Of a stretch of DNA of 64,000 nt, positions 50,701 to 63,168 are shown in pieces. The translations under genes were made by a program, and so were the position numbers. The DNA lies in NCBI RefSeq assembly GCF_018350175.1, contig NC_058368.1, positions 78,122,001 through 78,186,000 on the forward strand, in the 5' to 3' direction. How positions within the stretch are numbered: the stretch's first letter is position 1; each line of letters opens with the position of its first letter. A model generated the notes under the pieces. The model ran no database searches. It was given only the letters and a program-made list of their open reading frames with translations, and was not told where the DNA came from. Source of the DNA: Felis catus (Eukaryota).

Positions 50701-51318
50701 TGAAGGCCCAGAACAATGCTGCAACCCCACGGCGCGTTCAGGAGAAGCAGGGAGCCTTCCTCGTGAGCTTACCAGCCCGCATCAACAGCAGCCTTACTTA
50801 GGAAGGCTGAGCACCCCAGGGGGCAGGAGCTCCTTCTCTGGGGCTCCTCGGGGCTCTGGGAATTGTCCAGTCACAGCTACACAACAGTAACAACTCCTCT
50901 CTCAGCCTCATGGGGTTTCAGCAACACAGACGCAGCTGAGTCCTCAGGCAAGGACTTAAACCCTAATAAACTTGTAGCCCCCAGTCTCTGTGTACCCGCA
51001 CCCCCCATGCCTTCCTGCCTCCAGCTGCGGGTGCTCCCAAATCATCCCTGCTTCTCGGCCCAGTGAGCCCACCGTCGGCTGCTTGGTGGCCAGTCCTGCA
51101 CGGGGTCGGGAATGTGCCTTCGGCCACAAAGTCAGGCAGGGCACCGAGGAGCTTCCCTCATCTGTCTCCTGTCTGCCTCTCTTCTCGTGTCTGGAAAATG
51201 TTTGTTTAACATCTTGTCCAGTTTTTCAGTTGTTTACAGTGAGAGAGCAACTCTGCTACCACTGTGGAATGAAATAGAAATCTCACACAGCTCTGGGCAC
51301 TTTAAAAAAAAATCATCC

Positions 51319-51525
51319 AGGGCTCCTGGGTGGCTCAGCCGGTTGAGCGTCTGACTTCAGCTCAGGTCATGATCTCACGGCCTGTGAGTTCCAGCCCCGA
51401 ATCCAGCTCTGTGCTGACAGCTCAGAGCCTGGAGCCTTCTTCGGATTCAGTGTCTCCCTCTCTCTCTGCCCCTCCCCCACTCATGCTTTGTCTCTCTTTC
51501 AAAAATAAATAAATGTTAAAAAAAT
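51319..51525 (+). mobile_element. CanSINE
   Basis: TSD atcatcca. Confidence 0.93.
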
Positions 51526-51819
51526 ATCATCCAAGAATACACTACAAATAACTTTTAACACCAGCCAACATTCATCATATTATCATTTCTATGCCTGACT
51601 AATAGCCCAGTTCACGGGGGTTTAGGGTTTCATCTCTCTTAAAACACACATATAGTATAACAACATTCAGTATATTTATCACCAGTGCAAAGTTAATTAT
51701 TCCTCAAATTCAATCATGGCCCCAACTCTATCACTTAAAGCCTAAATTATAGTTAGTTACTACCTGCAACTCTTATGCAAATTAATAAGGGGAAAGGAAA
51801 CAGGAAAATATCAATATAT

Positions 51820-51951
51820 AGATGACAGGTAGATAATGAAGATAGATGATAGATAGATAGATAGATAGATAGTAGATAATAGGTGATGGATAGATAGATA
51901 AATGATAGATAGATAGATGATAGATACATGATAGATGACAGATAAATGGTA

Positions 51952-51986
<35 letters not shown>
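51820..51986. repeat. Compound degenerate (GATA)n plus (CA)n microsatellite
   Basis: Seen directly. Confidence 0.95.
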
Positions 51987-51988
<2 letters not shown>

Positions 51989-52699
51989 GAGGAGATAATA
52001 AGCAAGAACACGGTCCACACACAAACATGCATATATCAAACAAATGAGAGACAAATGACCCACCAAACCACAGCTCTCACTTCTATAACTGAGTATCTCC
52101 AACCTCTTTCTTCTATTAGCCATGCCAGCTGGCCTTTGCCCCTTCCTGGAACCTTAGCTAGCAGGTGTCTTTAACTAACGTAAGACTGGAACTTTCAGTG
52201 TTTCCTAAACGCTCCGAGGCCCTAGCTCGATTTGATTGCTGTAGTTTTCCATTCCCTGTCAGTGCGTGACGTGATAGGTTAAGAGATGTTCCGGAGAATC
52301 CCTGAATCCAGGACAGGCTCCCCCTGCGCACATCGTACAATAGCGACCAAGACCTCCTGAGTTCTTCTACCCTAACTGAAGAATACAGATTTCATAGACT
52401 CCTGTTTTGTTCTTTGTCCCCCACTCCTTTTGGAGAGAGGACGAGAGCTCTTCATTTGTATAAAGGACACTTTCATCCCATTAGGCAAAAGAACACAAGT
52501 GTTATGGCTGCTGTGGGGTCGCACGTGAGTGTGGACGTTGGTGCGCGGCGGCTGAGCTCCCAGCACAGGGGGCTCCTGCGTCTGCTGCAAGGTTCTTCCT
52601 CCGTCCCTCCGAGCCACCCCTGCTCTCTGCTCAGACGCTAGAGCTAAGTGCCAGGTAGCTCTCCGTTAGCTCACGCCTACAGGGGAGAAGGTGAGGCAG

Positions 52700-53268
52700 G
52701 AGGAGGTGGGTTTGATGGTTGGGTTTGCCCTTCCAGCCTCTCCACCAGTAATGTCCCTTCCCTTTGGCAGCAGTTGTGGGTTCCAATGACAGCTGGCTCT
52801 ATTTCCATTTTACTCACCCTAGAACCACTTCATCACACCTTCCAGAAGCGTAGCACCAACCCAGGGGCAGGCACCTTCCACACCCCCAGACGTGCGGGCC
52901 CTTGTGTGAGATCCTGAGGTCCCAATAGCTGTCCACCAGCACCTCTTCCTTCGACGTCGGAGTCCCAGCTCAGCAAAGGCTTTTCCAGGTTCAGGATGTG
53001 GTGGCGAGCCACCTCCCTGCTGGGAGTCCAGGTCTGTGTCCACAGCCCGCCTCAGGTGAGGGTGCACTTTCTGCAACCCCCCAACTGCTGCCCCTTTCAT
53101 CAGTAGCTCGTAGGCATAATTCATGGTGGCTCTGCCCCACTTCGTCTTTGTTTTCCCGTCTTCCAATACGTGTTTAACCAATATCCTGTATTAAATTCTC
53201 TCAGGTTAAAAAAAAAAAACAAAAACTGTTGGGGTTTCTGTTTTCCCGACTTGATCCTGTCTGATACA
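52700..53268 (+). mobile_element. Ancient ERV solo LTR (LTR78-like 3' end; 5' boundary uncertain)
   Basis: taaccaatatcctgtattaaattc...ggtttctgttttcccgacttgatcctgtctgataca terminus. Confidence 0.6.
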
Positions 53269-53540
53269 GGTGTCAAACTTCCTAATTTGAAAGCCTATTA
53301 GTAAAAACAGTCTGTGAACATAAATGTATCGCAGTTATACTAAATTTTCCTTATTTTCACTAAACAGGCTTCCTAGGTTGTCCCCCCCTCCCCATAGTCT
53401 CTTAGGAAACAAAACTAGGTCCTAGACACTCTCTATTCATTGGGCAATTATGTTAGTAATGATTATAAAGATCAGCAGGCAAACTTTTCCTCGGCTTATG
53501 GACAGCAGATAAATAATTAACTTTTTTTCTCACACCAAAT

Positions 53541-53757
53541 AATTTTTTAATGTTTATTTATTTTGAAAGAGAGAGACAGACAGAACATGAGCAGGTGAGG
53601 GGCACAGAGAGAGGGAGACACAGAATCAGAAGCAGGATGCAGGATCCAGGCTCTGAGCTGTCAGCCCAGAGCCTGACGTGGCTTGAACCCATGAACCACG
53701 AGATCATGATCTGAGCCGAAGTCGGACACTTAAGCGACGGAGCCACCCAAGTGCCCC
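53541..53757 (-). mobile_element. CanSINE
   Basis: Full body. Confidence 0.93.
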
Positions 53758-54706
53758 AAGTGTTTGTTATTTAATGTTATTTAATTTTGAGGCACTTATA
53801 ACAGAGAAAATTTATAAAGGAAGTATATACAACAAGGAAAAGTCCAGTGGTCGTTTCTGATACTGAAATGAATAAAAAAAAGTATGTTAAGACATGTCAC
53901 TTAACAATGCACAAATTTTCAACCAAACAATCCCCGTTCCTTACCTTATGGGTTTTTTTTTAAACAGTTTTATAGTGAGTTTTACAGTCTTATGACCATG
54001 TAGTGTTGGAGTCCTTGAAAACCCACCAACTGACTTCCCTCTTGCACCTTTAGAGGTTTGGTTTTTAAATCATGGCCCGTGTAACAGGTTATAGTTACAA
54101 AACCAAGGATGGGGAAACCCACAAGGGATCCACAAGATTCTAAAAAACTCCATCACCCAGGGCATGAAGAAAAGACCATCTCTAGCTTCTCCGGGACTTA
54201 CACCTGTCTATGAGGCTGTGGGTGAGCAGAAGGAAGAATCGGTATGTCCGTGAACCCCTTCTCTGTGTTGAGAACACTCCCTGCCTCAGTTTTTGTGGGG
54301 GCGGTGGGGGGAAGTCGTGTATCCCCTGGACCCACTGTCACCGTGGCCTTCTGTCAGCACCCCAGCGAGGACGTGGGAGGGTAACCCTCCCGCCCAGGTG
54401 TAGCAAACAGGTGCCAAAGTGGCAAAGACTGGCTCCTGGGAACTGGGATAATCGGTAAAAACATGTTCCAGAAGGCTTCTTGGATCACCTGCTCTGATAT
54501 GATCAACTGATCAATTTTCTATCTTACCTTGTATTCACATTTTAATTATTTTCCCCAAATACTGTGCTTTAGCTTTTTCCTCTGCTCACTTTTCATCGGT
54601 AACAACAAATTCCCGTTTCCTCACCTATCAGATAGAAGGAGTTGGAATAAGTATTATGAATTTTATGGCTTGGGCAATAACAGAAAACATTCTGAAGGAA
54701 CTTGGA

Positions 54707-54906
54707 TTTCTTTAAGTTTATTTATTTATTTGGAGAGAGAGAAAGAGAGTGGGGAGGGGGGCGCAGAGAGAGAGAGGGAAAGAGAGAATCCCAAACAGGC
54801 TGAGAGCTGTGAGAGCAGAGCCAAATTCCGGGCTCGAACTTGCGAACCATGAGATCATGACCTGAGCTGAAGCTAGGCACTTGACTGACTGAGTCACCAG
54901 GTGCCC
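54707..54906 (-). mobile_element. CanSINE
   Basis: Full body. Confidence 0.92.
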
Positions 54907-54938
54907 TGATAGGAATTTGTTTTAAAGAAGATGTGGTA

Positions 54939-55145
54939 GGGGCGCCTGGGTGGCTCAGTTGGTTGAGTGTCTGGTTTTGTCTCAGGTCATGATCTCACGG
55001 TCCATGGGTTTGAACCCCATGTCTGGCTCTGTGCTGACAGCTAGGAGCCTGCTTGGGATTCTGTGTTTCCCTCTCTCTCTGCCCCTCCCCCACACTCATG
55101 TGCTCTCTCTCTCTCTCTCTCTCTCAAAAGTAAAATAAAATAAAA
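54939..55145 (+). mobile_element. CanSINE
   Basis: Full body; aagatgtg repeated at both flanks. Confidence 0.93.
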
Positions 55146-55159
55146 CCATAATTTTTTTT

Positions 55160-55616
55160 AAAAAGATGTGAGATATATATATAATGGAATAATAGTGGGC
55201 AGTGAAAAAGAATGAAATCTTGCCATTTGCAACAATGTGGATGGAATTAGAGGGTATTATGCTAAGTGAAATAAGTCCATCAGAGAAAGACAGATATCAT
55301 ATGACTTCACTCATTTGTGGAATTTGAGAAACTCAACAGATGAATGTAGGCAAAGGGAAGGAAAAATAAGATAAAAACAGAGAAGGACATAAACCTTAAG
55401 AGACTCTTAAATACAGACTCTTAAAACAAACTGACGGTTGCTGGAGGGACCGTGAGTGGGGGATGGGCTAAGTGGGGGATGGGCATTGAGGGCCCCTCTT
55501 GGGGTGAGCACTGGGTGTTATATGTAAGCAGTGAATCACTGGGTTCTACTCCTGAAGTCAGGACTACACTGTATGTTAACTAACTTGAGTTTAACTTAAA
55601 AGGAAAAAGAAAAAAG
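55160..55616 (+). mobile_element. Carnivore L1 3' end (ORF2 tail plus 3'UTR)
   Basis: aatgaaatcttgccatttgcaacaatgtggatgga...tatgctaagtgaaataagt; gagcactgggtgttatatgtaag. Confidence 0.92.
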
Positions 55617-55631
55617 TGAAATTAACTGTAA

Positions 55632-55810
55632 GGGGCTCCTGGGTGGCTCAGTTGGTTGAGCCTTAGACTCTTGATTTCAGCTCAGGTCATGATACCCGGG
55701 TTGTGGGATAGAGCCCCGTGCTGAGCATGGAGACTTCTTGAGATTCTCTTGCTCCCCCACTGCCCCTCTCCTCTGCTCATGCTCTCAATACATAAATAAG
55801 TAAATAAATA
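55632..55810 (+). mobile_element. CanSINE
   Basis: Head and tail. Confidence 0.9.
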
Positions 55811-56030
55811 GGGGCTGCCTCAGTCAGTTGAGAGTCTGACTTGGGCTCAGCTGATGATCTCACAGTTCATGAGTTTGAGCCCCGCATCAGGCTCACTGCT
55901 TTCAGCACAGAGCCCGCTCCAGATCCTCTGCCCCCCCCCACCCCCACCCCATCCCTGCTCATGCTCTCTCTCTCTCAAAAATAAACAAACATTGAATGAA
56001 TGAATGAATGAATGAATGAATAATAAAATA
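55811..56030 (+). mobile_element. CanSINE with a (GAAT)n tail
   Basis: Directly follows the previous SINE's tail; (GAAT)7 at about 55994-56021. Confidence 0.9.
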
Positions 56031-57059
56031 TAAAATTACCTATAAGATACTGGATTTAAACTTTACGAAAATAAACCCTAGGGAAAGGTTTTTACGTGTT
56101 TCACTACCCACAAAGTCCTAGAGCCCGAGTCATTGTAACCACGTCCTCTTGCCTAAATTCAGTATGCAACTTGGGCCCCCGAAAACACAGCATTCATTTT
56201 ACTTTTCAAAACACAGCCACGTATCACCTCCCTAGGGTCTCAGGACATGACACGTACCTTTCAGGATGGGTCACATGAGTGAGGCAGAAACCTAGGAGCC
56301 ATTCTTTCGGTCAGGACAACAGCTCGGCAAGTTGAGGGAAAACGTATTTACCAGACGGGGAGCTGCTCTCAGATTTGCAGACTCCCTAATTTATCTTTCT
56401 TCTTCCGGGGCCAATCTGTTAGCCTTTCACTCTCACCGCGACAGTAATAAGAGTATCCCTGGGAAAGCACAGGGCTGGCTTCGGCTAGTTTCCTGCCCGA
56501 AGAAGTGACTGGAAGTGACAGTGTGGACAGCTCGTTTTCTCACGTCTCCCCTGTGCTCGGGGTAGGACCCGGCTGCCAGTGTGTTTCCTGACACACGTGT
56601 CCCTTTGCGAGCAGGGTGTCTGTCCCACGTTGCCCACGAATGAGCAGATGGCGGGCAGGCGGATGGCCCCCAAAGTCCTCTCTCTGTTTTCTTGGATTGA
56701 TACTGTTTACAGTTTCCTTTTGTCCTCTTAAGCCCTTCCTCCCAGCTGTAGGCAAATAGCTCGCTCCATCCTACACCAGCCCTACCAGAATCTGTCGTGA
56801 AAATTTAGAGAAATACAGAATTTCCGTGTTATGAAACCACAGTGCGCTGTGGCCACTCTCCGCCCCACCCCCACCCCAGCGTGCTATTGCCCGACAGTTC
56901 CACCAGGCCTCTTCTGACACGTGTGAACCTGCAAGGGGAAACTTCTGTCCTCTGAAAAGCTGTTGACTTTCTCCTAGACAGAGCTCAGAAGTGTTCTACA
57001 AATTAAAAACCAAACATCTTCTTCCTTAGAACCCAATACGTTTATTGCTATACTAACCA

Positions 57060-57267
57060 TTTGTTTTTCTTATGTTTATTTATTATTTTTGAGGGAGAGA
57101 GAGAGAGAACATGAACGGGGAGGGGACAGAGAGAGGGGGACAGAGGATCCGAAACAGTCTTTGCATTGACAGCAGAGAGCCCAATTTGGGGCTCTACCCC
57201 ACAAACCACAAGATCATGACCTCGCTGAAGTTGGACGCTTAACCGATTGAGCCACCCAGGCGCCCCC
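57060..57267 (-). mobile_element. CanSINE
   Basis: TSD tacta(a/g)ccattt. Confidence 0.92.
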
Positions 57268-57822
57268 TGTACTAGCCATTTATAATCAAACAAAAATCAC
57301 TTTGCTACTTAATATAACATCTAAGCCCCGGTGTATGAGAAGTGGTACATGTGTTACTAAACGACACCCATCAGTGTCCTGGGGCCGAAGGGGGTGAAGC
57401 TCAATCTTAGGGTGTCAACGTTTTGAACTAATTTCAATAATGTGACCAAAATACAGATAGGGCTTCTTGATATCAACTCGATTAGAAACCAAGAGGCTAA
57501 TGTTCAGCATCATCTGGCTAAAACATCCCCGTTCTAAATGCCGCATGAGGCGACACATTACCATCATCACTCTGTACCTACTTTGTATTGTGCTAAGGTG
57601 ATTATTTGTGCTATTTCTATGCATATTGCTAAATCAATCATAACAATATGAATGGCGAGAGACAAGAGCCAGTACCTTAATATTCAAAAGAGAATGCAAT
57701 GAGTATTATCCATTTTCATAAAAATACTAGGGCACGTGCCAAGCAGTATTTCTGAACATTTTATGTTAACACAATGCCTGCTTATATCTTCCTAAATACC
57801 AATTCATAATTTAAATATTTTT

Positions 57823-58039
57823 TTTAATTTTTTTCAACGTTTATTTATTTTTGGGACAGAGGGAGACAGAGCATGAACGGGCGAGGGGCAGAGAGAGAGA
57901 GGGAGACACAGAATCGGAAACAGGTTCCAGGCTCTGAGCCATCAGCCCAGAGCCCGACGCGGGGCTCGAACTCACGGACCGCGAGATCGTGACCTGGCTG
58001 AAGTCGGACGCTTAACCGACTGCGCCACCCAGGCGCCCC
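57823..58039 (-). mobile_element. Young SINEC_Fc-type CanSINE
   Basis: Perfect TSD aatttaaatattttt at 57808 and 58040. Confidence 0.96.
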
Positions 58040-59034
58040 AATTTAAATATTTTTAAGTAATGTCAGATTAATGAAATATTTCTTCATGGCATATTATATA
58101 GAAATAAGACATACAAGAAAAGTATTCGCATCAGCTTTCATTTCAGAAATTCCAAAATAATCATTTTTCTGAAACAAACCAACTGCAAAGTCGTTTTCAA
58201 GGGTTTCAGTAATAATAATAATTATTATTATCCTGCCGAATGGATACATTACATTGTCTGTGTAGAAAATGCTCAAATGAAATTTTTTCCTATTGTATCT
58301 TTATTTAAATGAAGGTCCAATAAAGAAAATGCCATGGCCTTAATAGGAGATTTTCTCAATTTCAAAAACATATCTTCAAACATACAAAAATGCTGGTGAA
58401 AATAGGATTAGTGTTCTTAATAACAATCGCGTGCTTAATGAATATCTGTGTGGCCGAGTCTTGGTACGACTTTCCTCCCATCTCCTCCCGAGACGGACAT
58501 CAAATTGCACACATCAGTCAAAGGAAACTAGAAGCATTTCTCTCTTTATTCAAAGAGAGAGGAGAGTGGAATGCATACTTGCTGCTGAGAAGTATCCAAA
58601 TCTTCTCTTACCGTGGGAGCCCAGCCCGCCATCTTCCTGGGGTTGGCATCTGCCCCAAACACTCTGCTTCTACACTCATCCCTCAAACCTACAAACTCTT
58701 CCACTTTCCCTAGTCACTACTCAAACCTCCTGTTAGCCATTCTACCTTCTTTTGTAAATTCTCTCTGTAGACTCCCACCTTGCTCCTCCACATCTGCACA
58801 GAGCTACCCCTTGTGAGCCGGACACAAGAGGGATAGGAGAATACACCTTATTTGTATGTTTCCTATAATATGAATGTATTGACAGTTTTGACTACACATC
58901 ACACAAACATGAGTTGCTTTTTTCATACTACTCCCTTCTCCCCCAAATAAGTCACCCACTCCTCAGATGACGAGGTCCACATGCACATACATAATCAGAG
59001 AACAACACTGAGCTGATTTTTGATAGCATCGACC

Positions 59035-59207
59035 ACAGGAATTCTCAACTGCGATGGTATTGAACCCAAAGGGCATTTGGAAATCTCTGTGTCTCTCTTT
59101 TTTGGTGGCATCATTGGCTCAAGATTGCAGCTGGCGTCTGGTGGCTCCACAGGTACAAAGAATCATTGTACCCAAATGCCAGTCATGCTCCACTAAGCAA
59201 CACTGAG
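59035..59207. mobile_element. MER20-like hAT MITE
   Basis: attctcaac...gggcatttggaaat...acaaagaatc...ccaaatgccagt...aacactg. Confidence 0.6.
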
Positions 59208-59611
59208 TCAGAACGATCAATGTGGCATCCTTTGGAACTTTCTGCCATAGCACTAGAAGGGACTAGACAGGGCACTTGGTTGTTTGCATTTGAACAAGAA
59301 TAAACATAATCTTCCAAAATCGGGGAAGCTGGAAGAGAAATCAATGAGAGGATTGGAAGTCCAGAAACCTCTTTAAGAATGTGGAGCAGGTGCAGGGTCG
59401 GAGAGGACCCAGCAGGGGGCCATCTGCTGCTGTGCAAGGGGGTGGGATCCCCAGGAAGAAAAGGGAAGGCACTGACACCCCACCCCCAAGCCGATCCAAC
59501 TAATATTGCTTCTCTGGGGGTGGAGGCTCATGCAGCTCATGGGCTCATGTAGCCCATGCAGCTACATCCCTCTCGTACAAGCTGCTAAAAAGACTGAAAA
59601 TCGTAATTTCA

Positions 59612-59867
59612 GCAAATATCTTCACCCCCATGTTCACTGCAGCATTATTCACAATAGACAAGATTTGGAAACAACCTAATTGTTTGCAGACATATGAATG
59701 AATGGATAAAGGTGTGGGGGATATAGATATGCACAACGGAATATTATTCAGCCACAAGAAAGGAGGAAATTGCCACTTGCCACAACAGGAATAAAAACAG
59801 AGGACATTTTGTAAGTGAAATCAGCCAGAGAAAGTCGAACATTGTACGATGTCACTTATATGTGGAA

Positions 59868-59901
<34 letters not shown>

Positions 59902-59946
59902 AGTCAAACTCGTGAACACAGAGAGTGGGATGCTGATTACCAGAGC
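59612..59946 (+). mobile_element. L1 3' fragment (L1MA/L1_Carn-like)
   Basis: atgttcactgcagcattattcacaatag...cacttatatgtggaatctaaaa. Confidence 0.88.
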
Positions 59947-60005
59947 ATTTGCCACACAAATGCTGATTGCCTGATTTATCACAAATCAGGAAATTTGTGA
60001 TAAAG

Positions 60006-60203
60006 GTTTTTTTTTAGGTTTATTTATTTATTTTGAGAGGGAGAAAACAGGGGAGGAGCAGAGAGAGAAAGGGAAACAGGGAATCCCAAGCAGGCTCCAT
60101 GCTGTCAGTGCATAGCCTGACACAGGGCTCAAACTCACAAACCATGAGATCATGATCTGAGCCCAAGTCAGATGCTTAACCGACTGAGCCACCCAGGTGT
60201 CCC
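60006..60203 (-). mobile_element. CanSINE
   Basis: TSD tgtgataaag. Confidence 0.93.
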
Positions 60204-60894
60204 TGTGATAAAGATATTTTAGGTTCACGGTGTGCTAGGGTCAGATGAACCCAGGACTCATGAAGTAAGCAATCTAATAGGAGATTCTTCTCCCATAAAT
60301 TGGGACCCCCAAATAGCTACTTCCTCAGGGTAGACATAAATAGAAATTACTATTCCTCATTACAACCCCTGTCACACCCAGGAGTACAAGAGAAATCACC
60401 ACCTGAGGCTGTGCAGAGGGAGGACAATTACATCTCAGAACACAAGACGACAAGGTGCTCTTCTGCGGGTTTACATTCTAGAGCCCTCCTGAGCAAAGCC
60501 TAGAATCCTATGTGATTCGCCCTGGCCCTCCTGTCCCCCAGGTGCCAGGCAGACACACATGAAAACCCTCTCTGAAAACTACATTCTCATTCCTGGCCCC
60601 TGTTTGGGGGCCACAAAGAAATGTCAAAGAAAACACGCAACCTAGCCACAGAATAAGCGTAAAGAAAGGAGACTCCACAGGAGAAGCCTCATGATTTAAC
60701 AGAGAAAGTTAAGGAAACAACAAGACATTTGACCTATCAGAGGGAAACTATGAAATAGCTGTGTTCTTTATGCTTCATGGACTTTACAAAAGGTTTGAAA
60801 ATATATGGACAAAGAAAGTATAAAGAATTAAGAAGCAGATTTGAAAAAACCTGGGAACTGGGATGAGCTAGAAGAAGAAAAGAAGAGACGTGAC

Positions 60895-61342
60895 CTCATA
60901 ACAAAGCACCAAAAACTGGGTGGCGAAACCGACCAAAGTTTATTGTCTCACAGTTCTGGAGACCAGATGTCTGAAACCAAGGTGCTGGCGGGGCTGTGCT
61001 CTTGCTGACGGCTCTGGGACAGGATTCTTCTGGCTTCTTCTGCTTTCCGGTGTTAGATGGCAATCCTTGTCACTCCTTGGCTTCTAGATGTGTGACTCCA
61101 GTAAGAAGACTGTCCTCCCTTCGTGTTGTCGTTCCTCTCTGTATGTCGGGTGCGTCCAAATGTTCCCCTTTCTGTAAGGACACCAGTCATGCTGGATTAG
61201 GGCTCATTTTAACCTATAACTTAGGGCTCTCATTTTAACTTTCTCATCTCTGTAAAGACCCTATTTCCAAATAAGGTCGCATTCTGACATTCTGGGGGTT
61301 ATAACTTTACCACATCTTTTGGAGAGGACATAACTCATAACA
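60895..61342 (-). mobile_element. MaLR solo LTR (MLT1 family), antisense
   Basis: tttattgtctcacagttctggag; aagaccctatttccaaataaggtcgcattctga; ends cataaca. Confidence 0.88.
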
Positions 61343-61422
61343 CCAAGTCTCTGCTTTTTTTTTTTTAATCTTTAACAGTAATTTTAAAATAAAAACCCTA
61401 TGTATTTTAAAATTACATTTTA

Positions 61423-61628
61423 GGGGCGCCTGGGTGGCGCAGTCGGTTAAGCATCCGACTTCAGCCAGGTCACGATCTCACAGTCCGTGGGTTCGAGCCC
61501 CGCGTCAGGCTCTGAGCTGATGGCTCAGAGCCTGGAGCCTGTTTCCAATTCTGTGTCTCCCTCTCTCTCTGCCCCTCCCCCGTTCATGCTCTGTCTCTCT
61601 CTGTCCCAAAAATAAATAAATGTTGAAA
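61423..61628 (+). mobile_element. Young SINEC_Fc-type CanSINE
   Basis: Perfect 14-bp TSD aaaattacatttta at 61409 and 61629. Confidence 0.96.
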
Positions 61629-61687
61629 AAAATTACATTTTAAATTATTTTAGCTATTATTGGAAGGTCAATCATTTTTTCACGAAA

Positions 61688-61894
61688 ATTTTTTAACATT
61701 TATTCAATTTTGAGAAAGAGAGACAGAGCATGAGTGGGGGAGGGGCAGAGAGAGAGGGAGACACTGAATCCTAAGAAGGCTCCAGGCTCCGAGCTCTCAG
61801 CACAGAGCCCGACGTGGGGCTCCAACTCATGAACCGTGAGATCATGACCTAAGCTGAAGTCAGCCGCTTAACCCACTAAGCCACCCAGGCGCCC
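61688..61894 (-). mobile_element. CanSINE
   Basis: Full body. Confidence 0.93.
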
Positions 61895-61897
61895 CTT

Positions 61898-62112
61898 GCT
61901 TTTGTCTTTTAAAAGTTTATTTATTTTGAGAGAAAAAGAGAAAGCATGAGCAGTGGAGGGGCAGAGAGAGAGGGAGAGAGAGAGAATCTTAAGCAGGCTC
62001 TGTGTTGTCAGTGCAGAGACTGACGTGGGGCTCAATCCCATGAACCATGAGATCATGACCTGAGCCGAAATCAAGAGTTGAACGCTTACTGACCGAGCCA
62101 CCCAGGCACCCC
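61898..62112 (-). mobile_element. CanSINE
   Basis: Full body. Confidence 0.93.
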
Positions 62113-62399
62113 ATTTTTAAGTGAATCAGAAGCCAAAAGTTTTGAAATATTCTTTTATCCTGGTAAAATGAAACCCAAAAGTTACAAAAGCAAAATTATG
62201 GTCCAAGTATTCCAATATCATAGCAGAGGAGGACTTGGCAGGGAGGAGCTATATCCGGCAGTATAAGAAACAATTCATCTTAACAATGGATGATTACATT
62301 GACAAAAATAAAAGATTATTTTAACAAGGCCCTGGGTTTTATATGCATGCATGAAATAATGCTGTTCAACAATAAACAGGAATTAAAACAAAACAGATT

Positions 62400-62745
62400 T
62401 TAAAAAAGAGAGTTCATGTACTAGAGAGTGGATCTGAATAAATTATCCAGAATACAGAACAGATGGACAAAGAGATAGAAAATATAAAGGAGAGGTTAGG
62501 CCAAAACACTCACCTAAAACCTAAAATCGAAGGCTGAGGAAATTCCGTGATATTAAATAAAAAAGTGAGGGAGGTAGGAGACATGGGAGAAGGAGAGAGA
62601 ACACCAAAAACATATCAAACCAGAATTCTGGAAGAGGTTAAAAAAATGGGTCACTGGAAATATTTGAAGAGATAAAAACTAAGAATTTTCCAGGTCTCTG
62701 AAAAAAAATAAACCCACAGTTTCTGGAAACCAGTGAATTCTTAAA
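62400..62745 (+). mobile_element. Ancient L1 ORF1 fragment
   Basis: aaattatccagaat...caaagagatagaaaatat...gaaatatttgaagagataa...gaattttccag. Confidence 0.65.
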
Positions 62746-62958
62746 CACATTTTATATGCTGTCAAGTTGAATATTTCTCCTTCACCAAAAATGAATGGTT
62801 TATTTTATTCTACTTCCATTTTCTAAGCTGAAATGGCATTTCTTGGTTTTATCTAAGACTGTAAATGTTATCATTTTGACAACAACACAAATGAATTTTT
62901 AAAAGATTATTAATCTTTAGCATTCAATTTTTCCATCGTATTAGACAATTTTATTTCC

Positions 62959-63168
62959 TTTAAAAAATTTTTTTAATGTTTATTTTTGAGAGAGAGACAG
63001 AGTGTGAGCGGGGGGAAGGGCAGAGAGAGGAAGACAGAGAATCCAAAGCAGGTTCCAGGCTCTGAGCTGTCTGCAAAAAGCCCAACGTGGAGCTCGAACT
63101 CACGAATCGTGAGATCATGACCTGAGCCGAAGTCGGACTCTCAACTGACTAAGCTACCCAGGCGCCCC
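62959..63168 (-). mobile_element. CanSINE
   Basis: Full body. Confidence 0.93.

Noticed and set aside
51753..52123. Hydrophobic Ile/Tyr/Leu/Ser-rich and VCVC ORFs (also the Phe-rich ORFs at 47365-47621)
   Set aside because: Translations of microsatellite or low-complexity DNA
57415..57624. 69-aa minus-strand ORF as a possible terminal exon
   Set aside because: No polypyrimidine tract before candidate AGs; peptide unrecognised
59526..59567. Degenerate gctcatgca tandem resembling p53 half-sites
   Set aside because: The CATG cores lack RRR/YYY flanks and the period is 8-9 bp rather than 10
2158..62101. Recurring ORF-track peptides such as SAQVMIS...SLEPASDSVSPSLS and GAPGWRSRLSVRLQPGHDL
   Set aside because: Translations of CanSINE copies, not a protein family
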